This document shows, piece after piece, positions 25,873-36,475 of a DNA stretch of 50,268 nucleotides. Each line of letters begins with the position of its first letter. The stretch's first letter is position 1. A program made the position numbers and the translations under genes. Origin of the DNA: a virus (lineage: Duplodnaviria > Caudoviricetes); the IMG/VR virus record IMGVR_UViG_3300031949_000056, positions 1-50,268 of that record. One strand, 5' to 3'. The notes beneath the pieces were generated by a model. The model saw nothing but the letters and a program-made list of their open reading frames with translations. It was not told the DNA's origin and did not search any database.

Positions 25873-27027
25873 TTAATCAATCGTGTATTCGATGATGATG
25901 TCCATATTTACGGCGCTACTGTTGGTCACTTCCTTAAGAACAAGGATTTCTGTTGAGGCAACACCCGCACTGGCGAAACTCGTTTCCTCAGTCGATGTCG
26001 AATCCGCCGTTGCATCCGGCGATAACACGGACGTTCCCGCCGTGCGCGGCGTCGAGGGCAATCGCTTTTCAAGGTTAAACGTGCAACTGCCGGAATCCGT
26101 TTTGTGGCGGATGCTCGTAATCGTGACAGCCGTTTTCGGAGTCGGAACCAATAAGATCGTGCCATTCACCGGAGCCGCATCAGAAACGACGGCACGAAAC
26201 GTCAGCAAACCCAAAATAGTTTTCACCTGTACCGCCGTCAGGTCCGTCGGATCGCCGGTACCGGCTCCTGCCGCCCGACCTTTGATGGTCGATTGGGCCA
26301 TGTTCGCGGCCTTGGCATTGGTCACCGCGTCATTGGCGATTGTGGCGACGAGCGACGCCCCCGTTGTCGTCACGTCGCTGGAAAGCTGACCACGGGCAAA
26401 CGCATCGGCCCCGGTCTGTGTGACAATGCCCGTGGTGGCGTCAAGCGCGGCCAGGGCCGTCAGCGTTGCGTCGAGGGGCTGCGAACCGGAATGGGGATTC
26501 GACGCCGCGATGTGCGAATCTTGAGTGGTACCGTCCGCTGCCACGTCCCGCCCATCGACCGTGCCCGCCACGGTGATATTGCCCGTCACGTCAATCGAGG
26601 CTACGCCCGTAACCGCGTTCGCATCGCTCAGCGTTACGCCGGAACCCTGAATGCCCTTGGCCCCGCCGTCGCCTCGAACGATGACATTGTCGGCGATGTT
26701 CGCAGCGGCAGATACGTCGCCGGCCCCGGTGCCTACCAAACTCCATCCTGTTCCGCCGTTGTTGTTGACGTACAACAGGTTATCCACCGAATCCCAGCAG
26801 AGCGTTCCTTCGCTCGCCGAATGCGTCGGCGCTCCTGTCGTCGTCTTAACCTGGGGAACAACTTCGCCAACCGGGGCCGTCGCGTGCGAGCCGCCCTTGA
26901 ACGCACCACCAGCCACGGCCTGCAATGCCACGTTGACGTTGCCCGCCTTGATGTCCTGGGGGTCGTAGAGGTCGAACCCGTGGGCCCCGTCGGATGGCTG
27001 GAATTCTCCGGTGATGTCGATGGCCAT
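25873..27027 (-). CDS. Tail fibre-like structural protein
   Basis: G/A/T-rich; GTVDGRDV, QPLDATLTALA and IANDAVT fibre motifs. Confidence 0.7.
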   Translation of the reverse strand: MAIDITGEFQPSDGAHGFDLYDPQDIKAGNVNVALQAVAGGAFKGGSHATAPVGEVVPQVKTTTGAPTHSASEGTLCWDSVDNLLYVNNNGGTGWSLVGTGAGDVSAAANIADNVIVRGDGGAKGIQGSGVTLSDANAVTGVASIDVTGNITVAGTVDGRDVAADGTTQDSHIAASNPHSGSQPLDATLTALAALDATTGIVTQTGADAFARGQLSSDVTTTGASLVATIANDAVTNAKAANMAQSTIKGRAAGAGTGDPTDLTAVQVKTILGLLTFRAVVSDAAPVNGTILLVPTPKTAVTITSIRHKTDSGSCTFNLEKRLPSTPRTAGTSVLSPDATADSTSTEETSFASAGVASTEILVLKEVTNSSAVNMDIIIEYTID

Positions 27028-27029
27028 CG

Positions 27030-28547
27030 TTAAGTCACTATCACGTCTTGCCCCGTTGGGAATATCCCCGTGTTAGTACTACGCCAACGTCGATAAGTCT
27101 CGGAATATCCCCACTGATTGACGTGCGTAATATCCGCTTGGTATGCGCCGTCGATGCCGAACCCGGTAGAAGCATCTTTGATCGTCGCCAGATCGGCGAC
27201 AACATCGGGGTGACAGAACCAAAGGTACTCGCCAGCCTCGATTTTGATGGCCGTGTACGTCCGGGCCACGCTCGCCGACAACACCGATTCCCCGTCCGCC
27301 GTATCGTCGAGCGTTAAAATCTGTGCGTCCGTGATGTCCGACCCGGTGTGCGGGCCCATGTAGATGCGATTCGTGGGCCGCGACGACGACGTGATGAACG
27401 TCTTGCCCGCCCCGATGTTCGTGTTCACGGACTTCAGCCCGTCGAAATTCTCGACGAACACGGAATCGTTTGTGTGGCTCACCAATCCGACGATGGTGAA
27501 TCCCGCGATTTCGCCCTCGATGGACAGGTATGCAGGATCGGTCAGCGCTGATCGGTAGGCGAACCAGAAATATTCGCCCGTCAACGTGTCCACCACGAAG
27601 GTCCCGTATTGCGTCGTGGACAGACCGGATACCCCGCCCGTTCCATCCAGAGCGAGAATCTGCGCCGACGACAGCATGGTCGCCTGCGAGTTCGGACCGG
27701 CGTAGCGGCGGTTGATGTAGGTTACCGTTGCCGTAGGGGTAGACAGTGGCACTCCGTTGACCGTGATCGTTGGCGTGAATGTCCGAACCGTGCCCACGGA
27801 CGTGCCCTTGTTGAATCCCGGACCGACGAGGCTCGTGAATGGCGTTAGGATCGTCGCCGGGTAGTCGGTACCTGGATCACCGCCCGCCGAAACGTCCACC
27901 GTCCCCGCACTGGGAACGCCCGTGTACGTCCACGCGAACGTCGGAGTGTGCGTACCGCTCCCGGCGACTTCCGCATTCTGCGAGTTCGACGCCCCCGCCC
28001 CGATATTGATGGTGTGCGTCAGAATTGCGGGCGTGATGGTGACCAGCGTATTGTAATTGTGTTCGATCCACGCGCCGATCGTCGCATCATAGACGAGGAT
28101 CAGACTCGCCCCCGGAGTCAGTGTGCGCGTCGACGCCCCCAGTCGCAGCAGAGAACCTGCCAGTACTCCCGCGTCAGACAGTATCAGGTTGTCCGCCGTA
28201 TCGTCGTTAACGATGACGGCGAGTTGCCCTTCTCGGCCCGCTGCGATTGTGGGCGCCGCCGTCATGGTCACGTTGCCCGTCATGGTGACGCGAGTCACCG
28301 GCTCGCCGTCGGTGACTACGATGGCCGTGCCGGCGACAACGGCCTGAGAAGACCGCGCGGCATAGATGTCGGTCGCACTACCCGCCCCGGCGGTGGCCCA
28401 TCGCAGTCCGGTCGCTTCCGCACTGTCGGCGGTAAGGATTTTGTCATTCGCGCCAACGGCCAACGGTTTGAAATCGCTGCCATTGTAAACGAGCAAATCA
28501 CCCTTGACGGTCGCGGGGTGAACGGGATTGCCGCGCCGAACAATCAT
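27030..28547 (-). CDS. Tail fibre/virion protein with internal duplication
   Basis: KGDLLVY...GANDKILTADS...GLRW; two similar NR.Y.GP...QIL.LD...GEY.WF domains. Confidence 0.7.
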   Translation of the reverse strand: MIVRRGNPVHPATVKGDLLVYNGSDFKPLAVGANDKILTADSAEATGLRWATAGAGSATDIYAARSSQAVVAGTAIVVTDGEPVTRVTMTGNVTMTAAPTIAAGREGQLAVIVNDDTADNLILSDAGVLAGSLLRLGASTRTLTPGASLILVYDATIGAWIEHNYNTLVTITPAILTHTINIGAGASNSQNAEVAGSGTHTPTFAWTYTGVPSAGTVDVSAGGDPGTDYPATILTPFTSLVGPGFNKGTSVGTVRTFTPTITVNGVPLSTPTATVTYINRRYAGPNSQATMLSSAQILALDGTGGVSGLSTTQYGTFVVDTLTGEYFWFAYRSALTDPAYLSIEGEIAGFTIVGLVSHTNDSVFVENFDGLKSVNTNIGAGKTFITSSSRPTNRIYMGPHTGSDITDAQILTLDDTADGESVLSASVARTYTAIKIEAGEYLWFCHPDVVADLATIKDASTGFGIDGAYQADITHVNQWGYSETYRRWRSTNTGIFPTGQDVIVT

Positions 28548-28939
28548 TGCGCTTGCCGATCAAAATCAACACGGACCCCGGAGGGTTCCCCCACCCATCG
28601 TAGGATATCCGTAGATACTGTTGCGAGTGCAAACCAATCGCTGATGTTGATCCACTCGTCGCCCTCAGCCCAAACCAACAGTGGAGGCCTGGAAGGTCGC
28701 AAGCGATCATATCCTTGCACCTTTCCAGCCGTGATGTTAATCCATTCACTCGACAACACCACGATATCGCCCGTATTGCTCTCGTCGGGGATCAGTCGTA
28801 ACGACTTCACCAAAAAGTCTTGTTCGCCACGATAATGCGAATCGACACCTGACCACAGACAACGCACGACCATATTGTCGTCCGCATCGGTATCGGTAAA
28901 CGTCAGCATCCCATGTATGGACCGCCTGGCGATGTTCAT
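28544..28939 (-). CDS. Hypothetical tail-region protein
   Basis: Coupled ORF in the late operon. Confidence 0.65.
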   Translation of the reverse strand: MNIARRSIHGMLTFTDTDADDNMVVRCLWSGVDSHYRGEQDFLVKSLRLIPDESNTGDIVVLSSEWINITAGKVQGYDRLRPSRPPLLVWAEGDEWINISDWFALATVSTDILRWVGEPSGVRVDFDRQAQ

Positions 28940-28942
28940 CGT

Positions 28943-29788
28943 CTACGTTCCAACATCGATTAGCGTTTGTGCACCATGAAATTCACGGCGAAAACCAGGA
29001 ATACCAAGGCCGGCACCATTGCGAAGGTCCAGCAATGTGCCTTGCCCAAATCCGTAATAGTTTGTCAATGTGCGCGCATTCGACGTACGAGACGCATCCG
29101 TACGTTGTCCACGAGACGCAATCAACGTACCAATCGTACCGCCGTCCAAATAGAGCATAGCCGCAGAAGCTAAAACTGTTGTCAGTGTTCCAGCTTTTTG
29201 GACAAAGACTCCGCCATTGATATCTAAGAACGTCATAGATGAAGAATTCTCAACGAACCCGTTGAATAATTGAATTTTCGTAGTGGGATCAAACGTAACC
29301 CCGGTAGGTACTACAAAATGAGGACTACGGGCATTCCCACGCACCGCCGCGTCAATGAACAGATTAGTACCCGTATATGTCGTACCAGTGACAATCTGGC
29401 TTTTCCCCCGAGCGAAAATCCAGGCGGTTCCATCCGCGAGGGCCCCTCCGATCTGGCAGGCATTATCTCCCATACCTACCGGAGCAAAGTAACCAAACGA
29501 ATGAATGCCACTTAACCAGCACTCGGCCCCAGCTGATTCCATGCGTGTCACACTCGATGTGATATCCCACGGATCACCCGTAGCACCGATATTCCCCACA
29601 TATTGAGAACTTACGTAAATTTTGTCACAAACAATAAGGGCTTGACTGGCCCCTGGCACAAGATTAACACTTGATGTTAGGAACACAAGTTCATCGCCAC
29701 TAACTGGAGGTCCCGCCGGAGACCAACTATCCGCATGGGCAGGATCGCCACCTGCGCCAGCACCCGTCCAGATCCTAGTTGCCGCCAT
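28943..29788 (-). CDS. Beta-helix-like tail protein
   Basis: RIWTGAG...SWSP.G.P.SGDELVF N-terminus. Confidence 0.65.
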   Translation of the reverse strand: MAATRIWTGAGAGGDPAHADSWSPAGPPVSGDELVFLTSSVNLVPGASQALIVCDKIYVSSQYVGNIGATGDPWDITSSVTRMESAGAECWLSGIHSFGYFAPVGMGDNACQIGGALADGTAWIFARGKSQIVTGTTYTGTNLFIDAAVRGNARSPHFVVPTGVTFDPTTKIQLFNGFVENSSSMTFLDINGGVFVQKAGTLTTVLASAAMLYLDGGTIGTLIASRGQRTDASRTSNARTLTNYYGFGQGTLLDLRNGAGLGIPGFRREFHGAQTLIDVGT

Positions 29789-30503
29789 TATTCACCTGAC
29801 CCTTCTTTATCTGCCGAGGCCAAATATCTCTAGGACAAGTTGCCTCAAGCATCGTTGACTTGTGACGTAAATCAGATTCCTCGTTACGCCCACAACCGCA
29901 TTTAGTGCAATGAACGCCGGCATGCGTAATCGAACGAAACGGACAAGGAGCCGTTTTTTCGTTCGGTTCACTCATTGGCTCGGTCCAATCACAACCTTTG
30001 CCGCCCTTTGTCGTGTTGCACCACCATATCATTGTCTCAACATTAAAATCGGCCCACTCGCCACACTTCGGACAGCACATCCCGCCTTGGGCGCAAACTG
30101 ATAATCTCGCCGTCGATACTTCCGCAGGCGCTGGTCCCTTAAGCACATATTGCGCCTTCGCTTTCGCGTACCCGGCAATCTTTCCGACGGTGTTCGGCGT
30201 ATGATGTATGGGTTCATTGATCGGTGAAACATCGACGGCCTTCTCCTGTCCGACCTTATGGGCGTTCAAGAACTGCCGCATCTGCAACATCATCTGCAAA
30301 GCCACATGATCGTTATGACCACAGATAGGGCAAATTGCGTTCAATTGCGCCAAAATCTGATCACGAGTTGGGATCGTAAACGAAAACGGTCTTTCCTGCG
30401 TCGTTCGTGCATCGAATGGAAATGTTTCGCCAACCATCGGCGCCATCGTCTGACGCGGAATCGTCCACGGTGGCTTACTGGGAACGGGAGGATGTATTTC
30501 CAT
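29775..30503 (-). CDS. Cys-rich tail-region protein
   Basis: CPIC, RLSVC, CPKC, CTKCGC and ATCP..IW motifs. Confidence 0.7.
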   Translation of the reverse strand: MEIHPPVPSKPPWTIPRQTMAPMVGETFPFDARTTQERPFSFTIPTRDQILAQLNAICPICGHNDHVALQMMLQMRQFLNAHKVGQEKAVDVSPINEPIHHTPNTVGKIAGYAKAKAQYVLKGPAPAEVSTARLSVCAQGGMCCPKCGEWADFNVETMIWWCNTTKGGKGCDWTEPMSEPNEKTAPCPFRSITHAGVHCTKCGCGRNEESDLRHKSTMLEATCPRDIWPRQIKKGQVNNGGN

Positions 30504-32536
30504 CAATCCAGACATTGTCCACAACTCCATGGATGCGCACTACAATGAAATGGGTACGGATCATCATACGGCTGACGCCGATCACAAAACTCGTCGAGGT
30601 CGCGGTCCTGCTCGCCTGGAGCACACCCCCTGCGGCATTCTACCTTGCTGCACTCGTAAAGTCCGCTAAATCCCGGAGAATCAGTTCCATCGACACATGC
30701 GCCATGTGCGTTCCTGATCGGCTCCACATCCATACACTGCGGCATGTTCTCTTCTTTGTTCCCTCGGCTCCACGTCCATTTTAGCTTCGGCAGACAAAAC
30801 CAAGAATCGTTAGCGAAGTCTCGCGATATGTTCGTCGGACATTGTTTGGGGCCATTGTAAAAATATGGATTCGACGTTGGCCCGCCGAAATCAGTCACCC
30901 GGCCATGATTGACAAATAGATTCGCACAGCCCGTACGTGGAAACGAGAACGTTGTCATCGGGTCTAAGGCACATGGACCTGATTGCCATCCGAAATCGAC
31001 CCCATCGCCGATATCGTTAAGTCCGTATCCAGGCCATGACATGCGATCACCCCATGGTACCGGGCCATGAAATTGACCAACAACCGTTATAGTTTCCGGT
31101 CTCCATTGTATCGGCAATCCCAATGACTCACAGCATTCTGGATATGTATACGAATCTCCTGTTTCTACGTTGATTTTCAATACAATACGAGCATCACACC
31201 ACACGATAACCGTTGCCGATGGCTTGTGATAATCTCCGTCTGGACAATCGTGGCAAGGATGATTATCGCATGGCTCCAATTGTGGATCACAAAGCTCGTG
31301 TTCTCGAAAACATACACTCGCAGAGCTAATCTCTCCAATGTTTCCCGGAGGTCCCCACCTTGTATGGAAAAATCCCGCGCAAGCTAAATCCTGCAATGGG
31401 CATACGCGAAAATAATCCAAACACTTATCAGTCGCGATAGTGTCGTCCTGGTCTACGCCCAGTCCATCCAATCGCAAGCGATGAGGCATACGCCATCCAA
31501 ATGCCCCACACCCGTAGCCACACGACGCGCCGGGCGTTGTGCTAGTATCCGGTAGCAATGGTATACGTCGTGTCGCCTGTGTATATTGAAGAATCGAATT
31601 TACCGTTCGCCCGATCAGTTGCTTCCACATGCATTCTGTACAATGATGAATCGTCGGAACACCGTTATTGTCTCCGTGGCAGCCAAAATGCCAATTGGGA
31701 TTATAATACTGTCCCTGACCGGGGATATTGGGAAACAACGCTTCGCATTCGGGATTATCAGATGGTTCACTCTCTTCGCACACCCAATCAAAGTAGCAGT
31801 TATCTTCGTCGTGAGGATCGCTGGGAGGACCACCGAACACGCCGGGACAGAGCGCCCCCGGAGCTTGCAAGTAGTTGTGGTAATCGAACGAACACCCCAG
31901 GCACGGCGTTACGGTCGTCCACAACATCCAAGGGCAATACCAGCACGTCTGACCGAACATATCCGTATGAAATGGTTGCTCACGATATACCGAACCGTCC
32001 GGTATCGTCGCCTGACAGTGAGATTGGCCGGCGAATCTCAATTGCGGTCCATACCGATCTTCGTACGCATCCCCCATGAGAAACGGATACGCTGCACCGA
32101 TCATGGCCCAACATGGACCATAGCTGACTGCCCTAGTAATCGGGTCCATACACGTGTCGAATAAAAGATTGTCGCGTACCAATCCTCCCGTATGGAAACA
32201 GCCAACATCGTTTACGGACATCAATTGTCGTCCGTATCGGCTATTATTATCAGGAAATAAATCGCCGGCAGACGTTCTCGGTTTTAGGCTCTGCCAATCG
32301 GTCAAATTTGCCGTCCAGGTGCGCAACCGCTTGCCATAACGGAGGTCGCTTATCGGCACGGCGATAAGTTCACCAAGGGCCGGACGGATATCGACGGCGA
32401 GAGGTTCTTCTGTCTGAACTATTGGATGATCGTCGCAATATGCCTTTGTAAAAAAGTATTGTTGACCGCAAGGCGCAGCCTCTCCGCAGTGTACGTTCCA
32501 CGTTGGTCCACGGCAATTTCTTAAATCTCCAGGCAT
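30503..32536 (-). CDS. Large Cys-rich tail tip protein
   Basis: About 45 Cys by hand count; TAATG-coupled. Confidence 0.7.
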   Translation of the reverse strand: MPGDLRNCRGPTWNVHCGEAAPCGQQYFFTKAYCDDHPIVQTEEPLAVDIRPALGELIAVPISDLRYGKRLRTWTANLTDWQSLKPRTSAGDLFPDNNSRYGRQLMSVNDVGCFHTGGLVRDNLLFDTCMDPITRAVSYGPCWAMIGAAYPFLMGDAYEDRYGPQLRFAGQSHCQATIPDGSVYREQPFHTDMFGQTCWYCPWMLWTTVTPCLGCSFDYHNYLQAPGALCPGVFGGPPSDPHDEDNCYFDWVCEESEPSDNPECEALFPNIPGQGQYYNPNWHFGCHGDNNGVPTIHHCTECMWKQLIGRTVNSILQYTQATRRIPLLPDTSTTPGASCGYGCGAFGWRMPHRLRLDGLGVDQDDTIATDKCLDYFRVCPLQDLACAGFFHTRWGPPGNIGEISSASVCFREHELCDPQLEPCDNHPCHDCPDGDYHKPSATVIVWCDARIVLKINVETGDSYTYPECCESLGLPIQWRPETITVVGQFHGPVPWGDRMSWPGYGLNDIGDGVDFGWQSGPCALDPMTTFSFPRTGCANLFVNHGRVTDFGGPTSNPYFYNGPKQCPTNISRDFANDSWFCLPKLKWTWSRGNKEENMPQCMDVEPIRNAHGACVDGTDSPGFSGLYECSKVECRRGCAPGEQDRDLDEFCDRRQPYDDPYPFHCSAHPWSCGQCLD

Positions 32537-33690
32537 TACGGACACCCAGAAGACAAACAATCTACTTCACTGCATGGACACGGCATCCAAACTATTTCAA
32601 CACCAATTGCCTGACATTCTAGTAATGTCATGTCACCAAAATTAAGACCCGGATTCGATGCGTCGCAGCAGCATCCGAGCGGTAGTGGCTGGCAATCCGC
32701 TTCGTCGCATGTTTCAATTCCCACGCGTGGCGTTCCGCCGGACCCAATACATAACGATTCTGATGTTAATTCACATTGACCATCCGGGTAGCAGCATGGC
32801 CACTTCGGCGTACATTCCGGTTTCACGTCCTTTACTTCTAAACATTGCAAGCCCTCCCAATATGTACCTTCTCGTTCAACACATTTCGTCAACGAAGTGT
32901 CTTCGCATTTCCCATTATCAAAACAGCACGCCCAACGATCACATAGCGGCGGGGCTGGCGGCGGCGGAACCGTTTGCATCGATGTCGGACTAAATGGACC
33001 TAGTGGCCGCCCCCAACGTGCGAACTCGGGGCCAGTAAGATTCCATGCCCCAATAACCCAGGGGATGGGCATGTTGCTGCCCTGAAAGACGATCACGGGC
33101 ATTGCAATTTGCAACCCAGTAAATCCACCAATCCAAACGCACCGGCGACCAGCCTCATCGAAACCATCTTCAGATAACCAATCACTGCCCGTAGGATCGG
33201 TTGTCGGCTTCATCGGAACGACTTCAGCAATCTGCGTATGCAGATTTACGGCCATGATCTTCCCACCCCAATACCCTCCGCCGCCGGACACGCCAATAGG
33301 AATGAAATAGCCATCCTCGTACTCGCACGCCCTATCTCCAGGATTCACCTTATCGGGATCGGTCAAAAAAAACGGTGCGAAATCAGACACGGTGTAACCC
33401 GGAAAAGGATGGCCGACGATGTGGTTAGACCCCGTAGGCACCGACCATCCATCTACGCCCGCAACAATAATCGCATCCTTCGCAATCAACGTGCCGAACT
33501 CGGTACTGCGGATCATAAACACCGGACGGCGACGCGGGCGAGCACTGCTAGAAACCGTACCAAACGGAGTTTTGCTTATCGTAGCGTCCCCACCACCGGA
33601 TACGTGCCGTGATGTCCTCGCCGCGCGCAGAAGCTCATTGTACGTTTTAGCGCTGAGACGTTCGCCCGGTTTAACACTACGGTTGAGCAT
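32536..33690 (-). CDS. Tail tip/hub protein with C-terminal CC-x(n)-C repeats
   Basis: PGERLSA..YNEL N-terminus; WACCFDNGKC, WPCCYPDGQC and GCCC repeats. Confidence 0.7.
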   Translation of the reverse strand: MLNRSVKPGERLSAKTYNELLRAARTSRHVSGGGDATISKTPFGTVSSSARPRRRPVFMIRSTEFGTLIAKDAIIVAGVDGWSVPTGSNHIVGHPFPGYTVSDFAPFFLTDPDKVNPGDRACEYEDGYFIPIGVSGGGGYWGGKIMAVNLHTQIAEVVPMKPTTDPTGSDWLSEDGFDEAGRRCVWIGGFTGLQIAMPVIVFQGSNMPIPWVIGAWNLTGPEFARWGRPLGPFSPTSMQTVPPPPAPPLCDRWACCFDNGKCEDTSLTKCVEREGTYWEGLQCLEVKDVKPECTPKWPCCYPDGQCELTSESLCIGSGGTPRVGIETCDEADCQPLPLGCCCDASNPGLNFGDMTLLECQAIGVEIVWMPCPCSEVDCLSSGCP

Positions 33691-33692
33691 TG

Positions 33693-34661
33693 TTAAGCAC
33701 ACGTCCATCCATCACACGGACCCGCGGTCCATTCGGCACCGGGAATCTCATAGCATTCCTCAATCGTCATTTGTCCCAATGCCGCGTTATCGAAACAACA
33801 ACATCCCGTTTCATTCAAACATCCCGAAGTAGGCTCCGTTTCCAGACCCGGAAGAACCTTAAAATCAACATGATGATATAAGGGAACCTTTGTTACTACT
33901 GGAAAGCCGGGCGAAACTAACAATGGTTCTCCATCTTCTCCAAGGTGCAACAATTCCGTATCCCAACCCAAGGGGTTCAATTGAAACGCGTATTCTATGT
34001 CCGCGTGTTCATCATCTACTGGTTCTATTCGACTGCCGATAAACAGCCATTTCCCACAATCATGGCGACGCCAAAACGTGGCGTTCGTTTTGCCTTCACA
34101 TTGTTCTATTCTGCTCAATGCATCGGGTTTATTTTCTACCCATCGCACAAGAACATGTTCCACCCCTTGCGACAATTGGCGAGGAACGGTAATACTTTCT
34201 CCGTTGGGTCCCCTAATCGGCTTTAGATTGATGTCCCAGCGCGTTTGCTCGCTCGTCAAACTAGAATCTCGCGACCAAATGGGCATAGCAGGATCAGGAA
34301 CGTTGCGCCAAATTAACCGCACACGAATGGACCGCACACAATCGGATCGTTCCCATTCTGGAATGACCTCATCCAATCGCATAAGAGATTTGCTGCCCTC
34401 ATACAACAATAAACCTTCATATGCGTCTGGATGTTGCATGCCAATTACGGGAGTAAAGTTTTGACGGCGACCGCCCGGATTCGGATATCTACCCATCTGC
34501 AATGCCATGTGCGGAGCAATGACCGTGGTCGTTGGGGCTAACGCCTTGATGTTGATGATGTAATCCCTGATCTCTTCGGCCATGCCAAAACGAAAGCGCG
34601 TCATTCGCGACTCTGTTCGTTCAACAATGTCGTAATTTTGTGGATCGACACTGTCCATCAT
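33693..34661 (-). CDS. Distal tail protein candidate
   Basis: Directly after the tape measure; GKTN..FW...GKWLF.G motif; one C-terminal Cys repeat. Confidence 0.65.
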   Translation of the reverse strand: MMDSVDPQNYDIVERTESRMTRFRFGMAEEIRDYIINIKALAPTTTVIAPHMALQMGRYPNPGGRRQNFTPVIGMQHPDAYEGLLLYEGSKSLMRLDEVIPEWERSDCVRSIRVRLIWRNVPDPAMPIWSRDSSLTSEQTRWDINLKPIRGPNGESITVPRQLSQGVEHVLVRWVENKPDALSRIEQCEGKTNATFWRRHDCGKWLFIGSRIEPVDDEHADIEYAFQLNPLGWDTELLHLGEDGEPLLVSPGFPVVTKVPLYHHVDFKVLPGLETEPTSGCLNETGCCCFDNAALGQMTIEECYEIPGAEWTAGPCDGWTCA

Positions 34662-36319
34662 GCAAATCCCTGATTGCGCTGTAAATCCAAACGTATTCCG
34701 CGCAATTCACCAATGATCCGTTCCAATTTACCGGCATCATTTCTACCAGTTGCGCCGCCATCGTTGCCGTCCAATGAAATCTTGCCTGGAGATAGCAGGG
34801 GCATTAACCCTGGGATCCGTGGAAACGCCCCGCCAACCGGAACTCTCGGAATAGATAACTTCGGAACAGTCAACGGCGCTGGAGGGCCGACGAGTCCGGC
34901 TCCGATCCCTTCTCGTATGGCCATCATGGCTAAGCGGCCAAGCGAAGATAACTCTTCATAATGACCCTTCATTCTGATTAGTTCGACATTTCCAGAACGC
35001 AATTGTTTAGTGATGTCCGCCAATTCATTTTCCAGATTGGCCGCTGACGCCTTAGCCTCTCTAAGTCCCTCGTCTGTGCCGAATATTTTTTCCCACAAAA
35101 CCCAGAGAGCGATCAATGAGGCGATCAAAACGAAGGTGAAAATGCTTAGGGTCGCCAATCGTGCCCGAATAATCGCTAACACACCGGCGAAAGTGATCCC
35201 CGCCTTTGTCGCCACAATGGTTGAACCGGCCAATACTAGATTGGCATTCGCCGCCGCCAATGATGTCGTAACTACGCCTACTTCTGCGGCGGTCAGCGCA
35301 ATGGTGGCCCTCGTCTGCGCCGTCGTCGCCACCGCTTCGATCGTTTTTGCCACCGCCACGGCCATCCACATCGACCGCAGTTTTACGAGGATCGGAATCA
35401 CGATCATCAGTTGCAGAAAAGCCACGCCCGCCAGAATGACCATTCCGGCAACGGCACGAATCGGAGCCGGCAACTTATTGAATAGCCCGGCCAGAAATCC
35501 AACGACCTTGACTACCGGCAGCAAAGCGACGATAAGCAAACTCACCGCCGGAATGAGCACACCGCCGAGTTCCGCCGCCGTTTGGCCGAATTGCGAACTC
35601 AACTGCTTCCACAAGTTGGAAAACGTCGAGTGCGTACGAAGAAAATCACCCCACGCCAATTCCGTGGACTTCAAGAGTTGGGCCATGCGCAACAGTTGCT
35701 TTTCCTGTTGCGTCATCGTCTCCACGTTCCGCGTAACCCCAAGATTGAGGGCCACCTCCTTCAGCGTCAATTCATGTAACGACACGCCGAGGTCCACCAA
35801 TGCCCTCGGAATCCCCGCAATGCCCGACTTCATCGCGTGAAACATGTCCTCGATCGGTTTATCGAAGAACGAGGACATGTCGATACCCAAGGCCACCATC
35901 GCCTGCGACCACTTGACCGCCTCTTCGCGGGCAAATCCGGCAGACTGCAAGAACACATTCATCGTGGACAGATTGCGCTCAATTTCCAATCGCGAGATTT
36001 GCGTCGAGCGCTCCATCGTTTTCGACCAAACCCTGGCACTCTCAGCCATTTTCCCAAAAGACACAGTGAATCTGTTTTGCATCTCCGTGGCTTCGGAACT
36101 GGCCATGACCATTTTCCGTACCCCAAGCGTGAGAGGCACGGTCAGCCCGGAAACGATCGAAGCGCCCAACATCAACATGTTGTCGCGCATACGTTGGGTT
36201 TCATTGTTGACCGACGAAGCGAACCCGTGAAAAGCGCTCTTCGCTTGCGCCGTATGCCGCAGGTAATTGCCCGTGGGCATCGTCAGGTCGATAAACGCAT
36301 CGGCGACCTTAACGCCCAT
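34658..36319 (-). CDS. Tape measure protein (short, 553 aa)
   Basis: GLTVPL, FTVSFG, DMSSFFD, Ala-rich helical and hydrophobic tracts. Confidence 0.85.
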   Translation of the reverse strand: MGVKVADAFIDLTMPTGNYLRHTAQAKSAFHGFASSVNNETQRMRDNMLMLGASIVSGLTVPLTLGVRKMVMASSEATEMQNRFTVSFGKMAESARVWSKTMERSTQISRLEIERNLSTMNVFLQSAGFAREEAVKWSQAMVALGIDMSSFFDKPIEDMFHAMKSGIAGIPRALVDLGVSLHELTLKEVALNLGVTRNVETMTQQEKQLLRMAQLLKSTELAWGDFLRTHSTFSNLWKQLSSQFGQTAAELGGVLIPAVSLLIVALLPVVKVVGFLAGLFNKLPAPIRAVAGMVILAGVAFLQLMIVIPILVKLRSMWMAVAVAKTIEAVATTAQTRATIALTAAEVGVVTTSLAAANANLVLAGSTIVATKAGITFAGVLAIIRARLATLSIFTFVLIASLIALWVLWEKIFGTDEGLREAKASAANLENELADITKQLRSGNVELIRMKGHYEELSSLGRLAMMAIREGIGAGLVGPPAPLTVPKLSIPRVPVGGAFPRIPGLMPLLSPGKISLDGNDGGATGRNDAGKLERIIGELRGIRLDLQRNQGFA

Positions 36320-36328
36320 AGAACACCA

Positions 36329-36475
36329 TCAGCGTTGGAAGTGACGCAGTTGTTCCCGCAACCAGACGATCTGACCGATGGTCAACTGGCCGACCTCGTT
36401 CAGCGACATCCGGTAATGGAACATGACCCCGGCGACTACGGCGTCCCAGTCGGGATCGGCTTGGTAGGGTTTTCC
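36329..36475 (-). CDS. -1 frameshift extension of the tail assembly chaperone (gpT-like)
   Basis: A AAC CCT slippery heptamer at 36472-36466; -1 frame reads PYQADPDWDAVV...LTIGQIVWL to TGA at 36329. Confidence 0.75.
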   Translation of the reverse strand, partial: GKPYQADPDWDAVVAGVMFHYRMSLNEVGQLTIGQIVWLREQLRHFQR

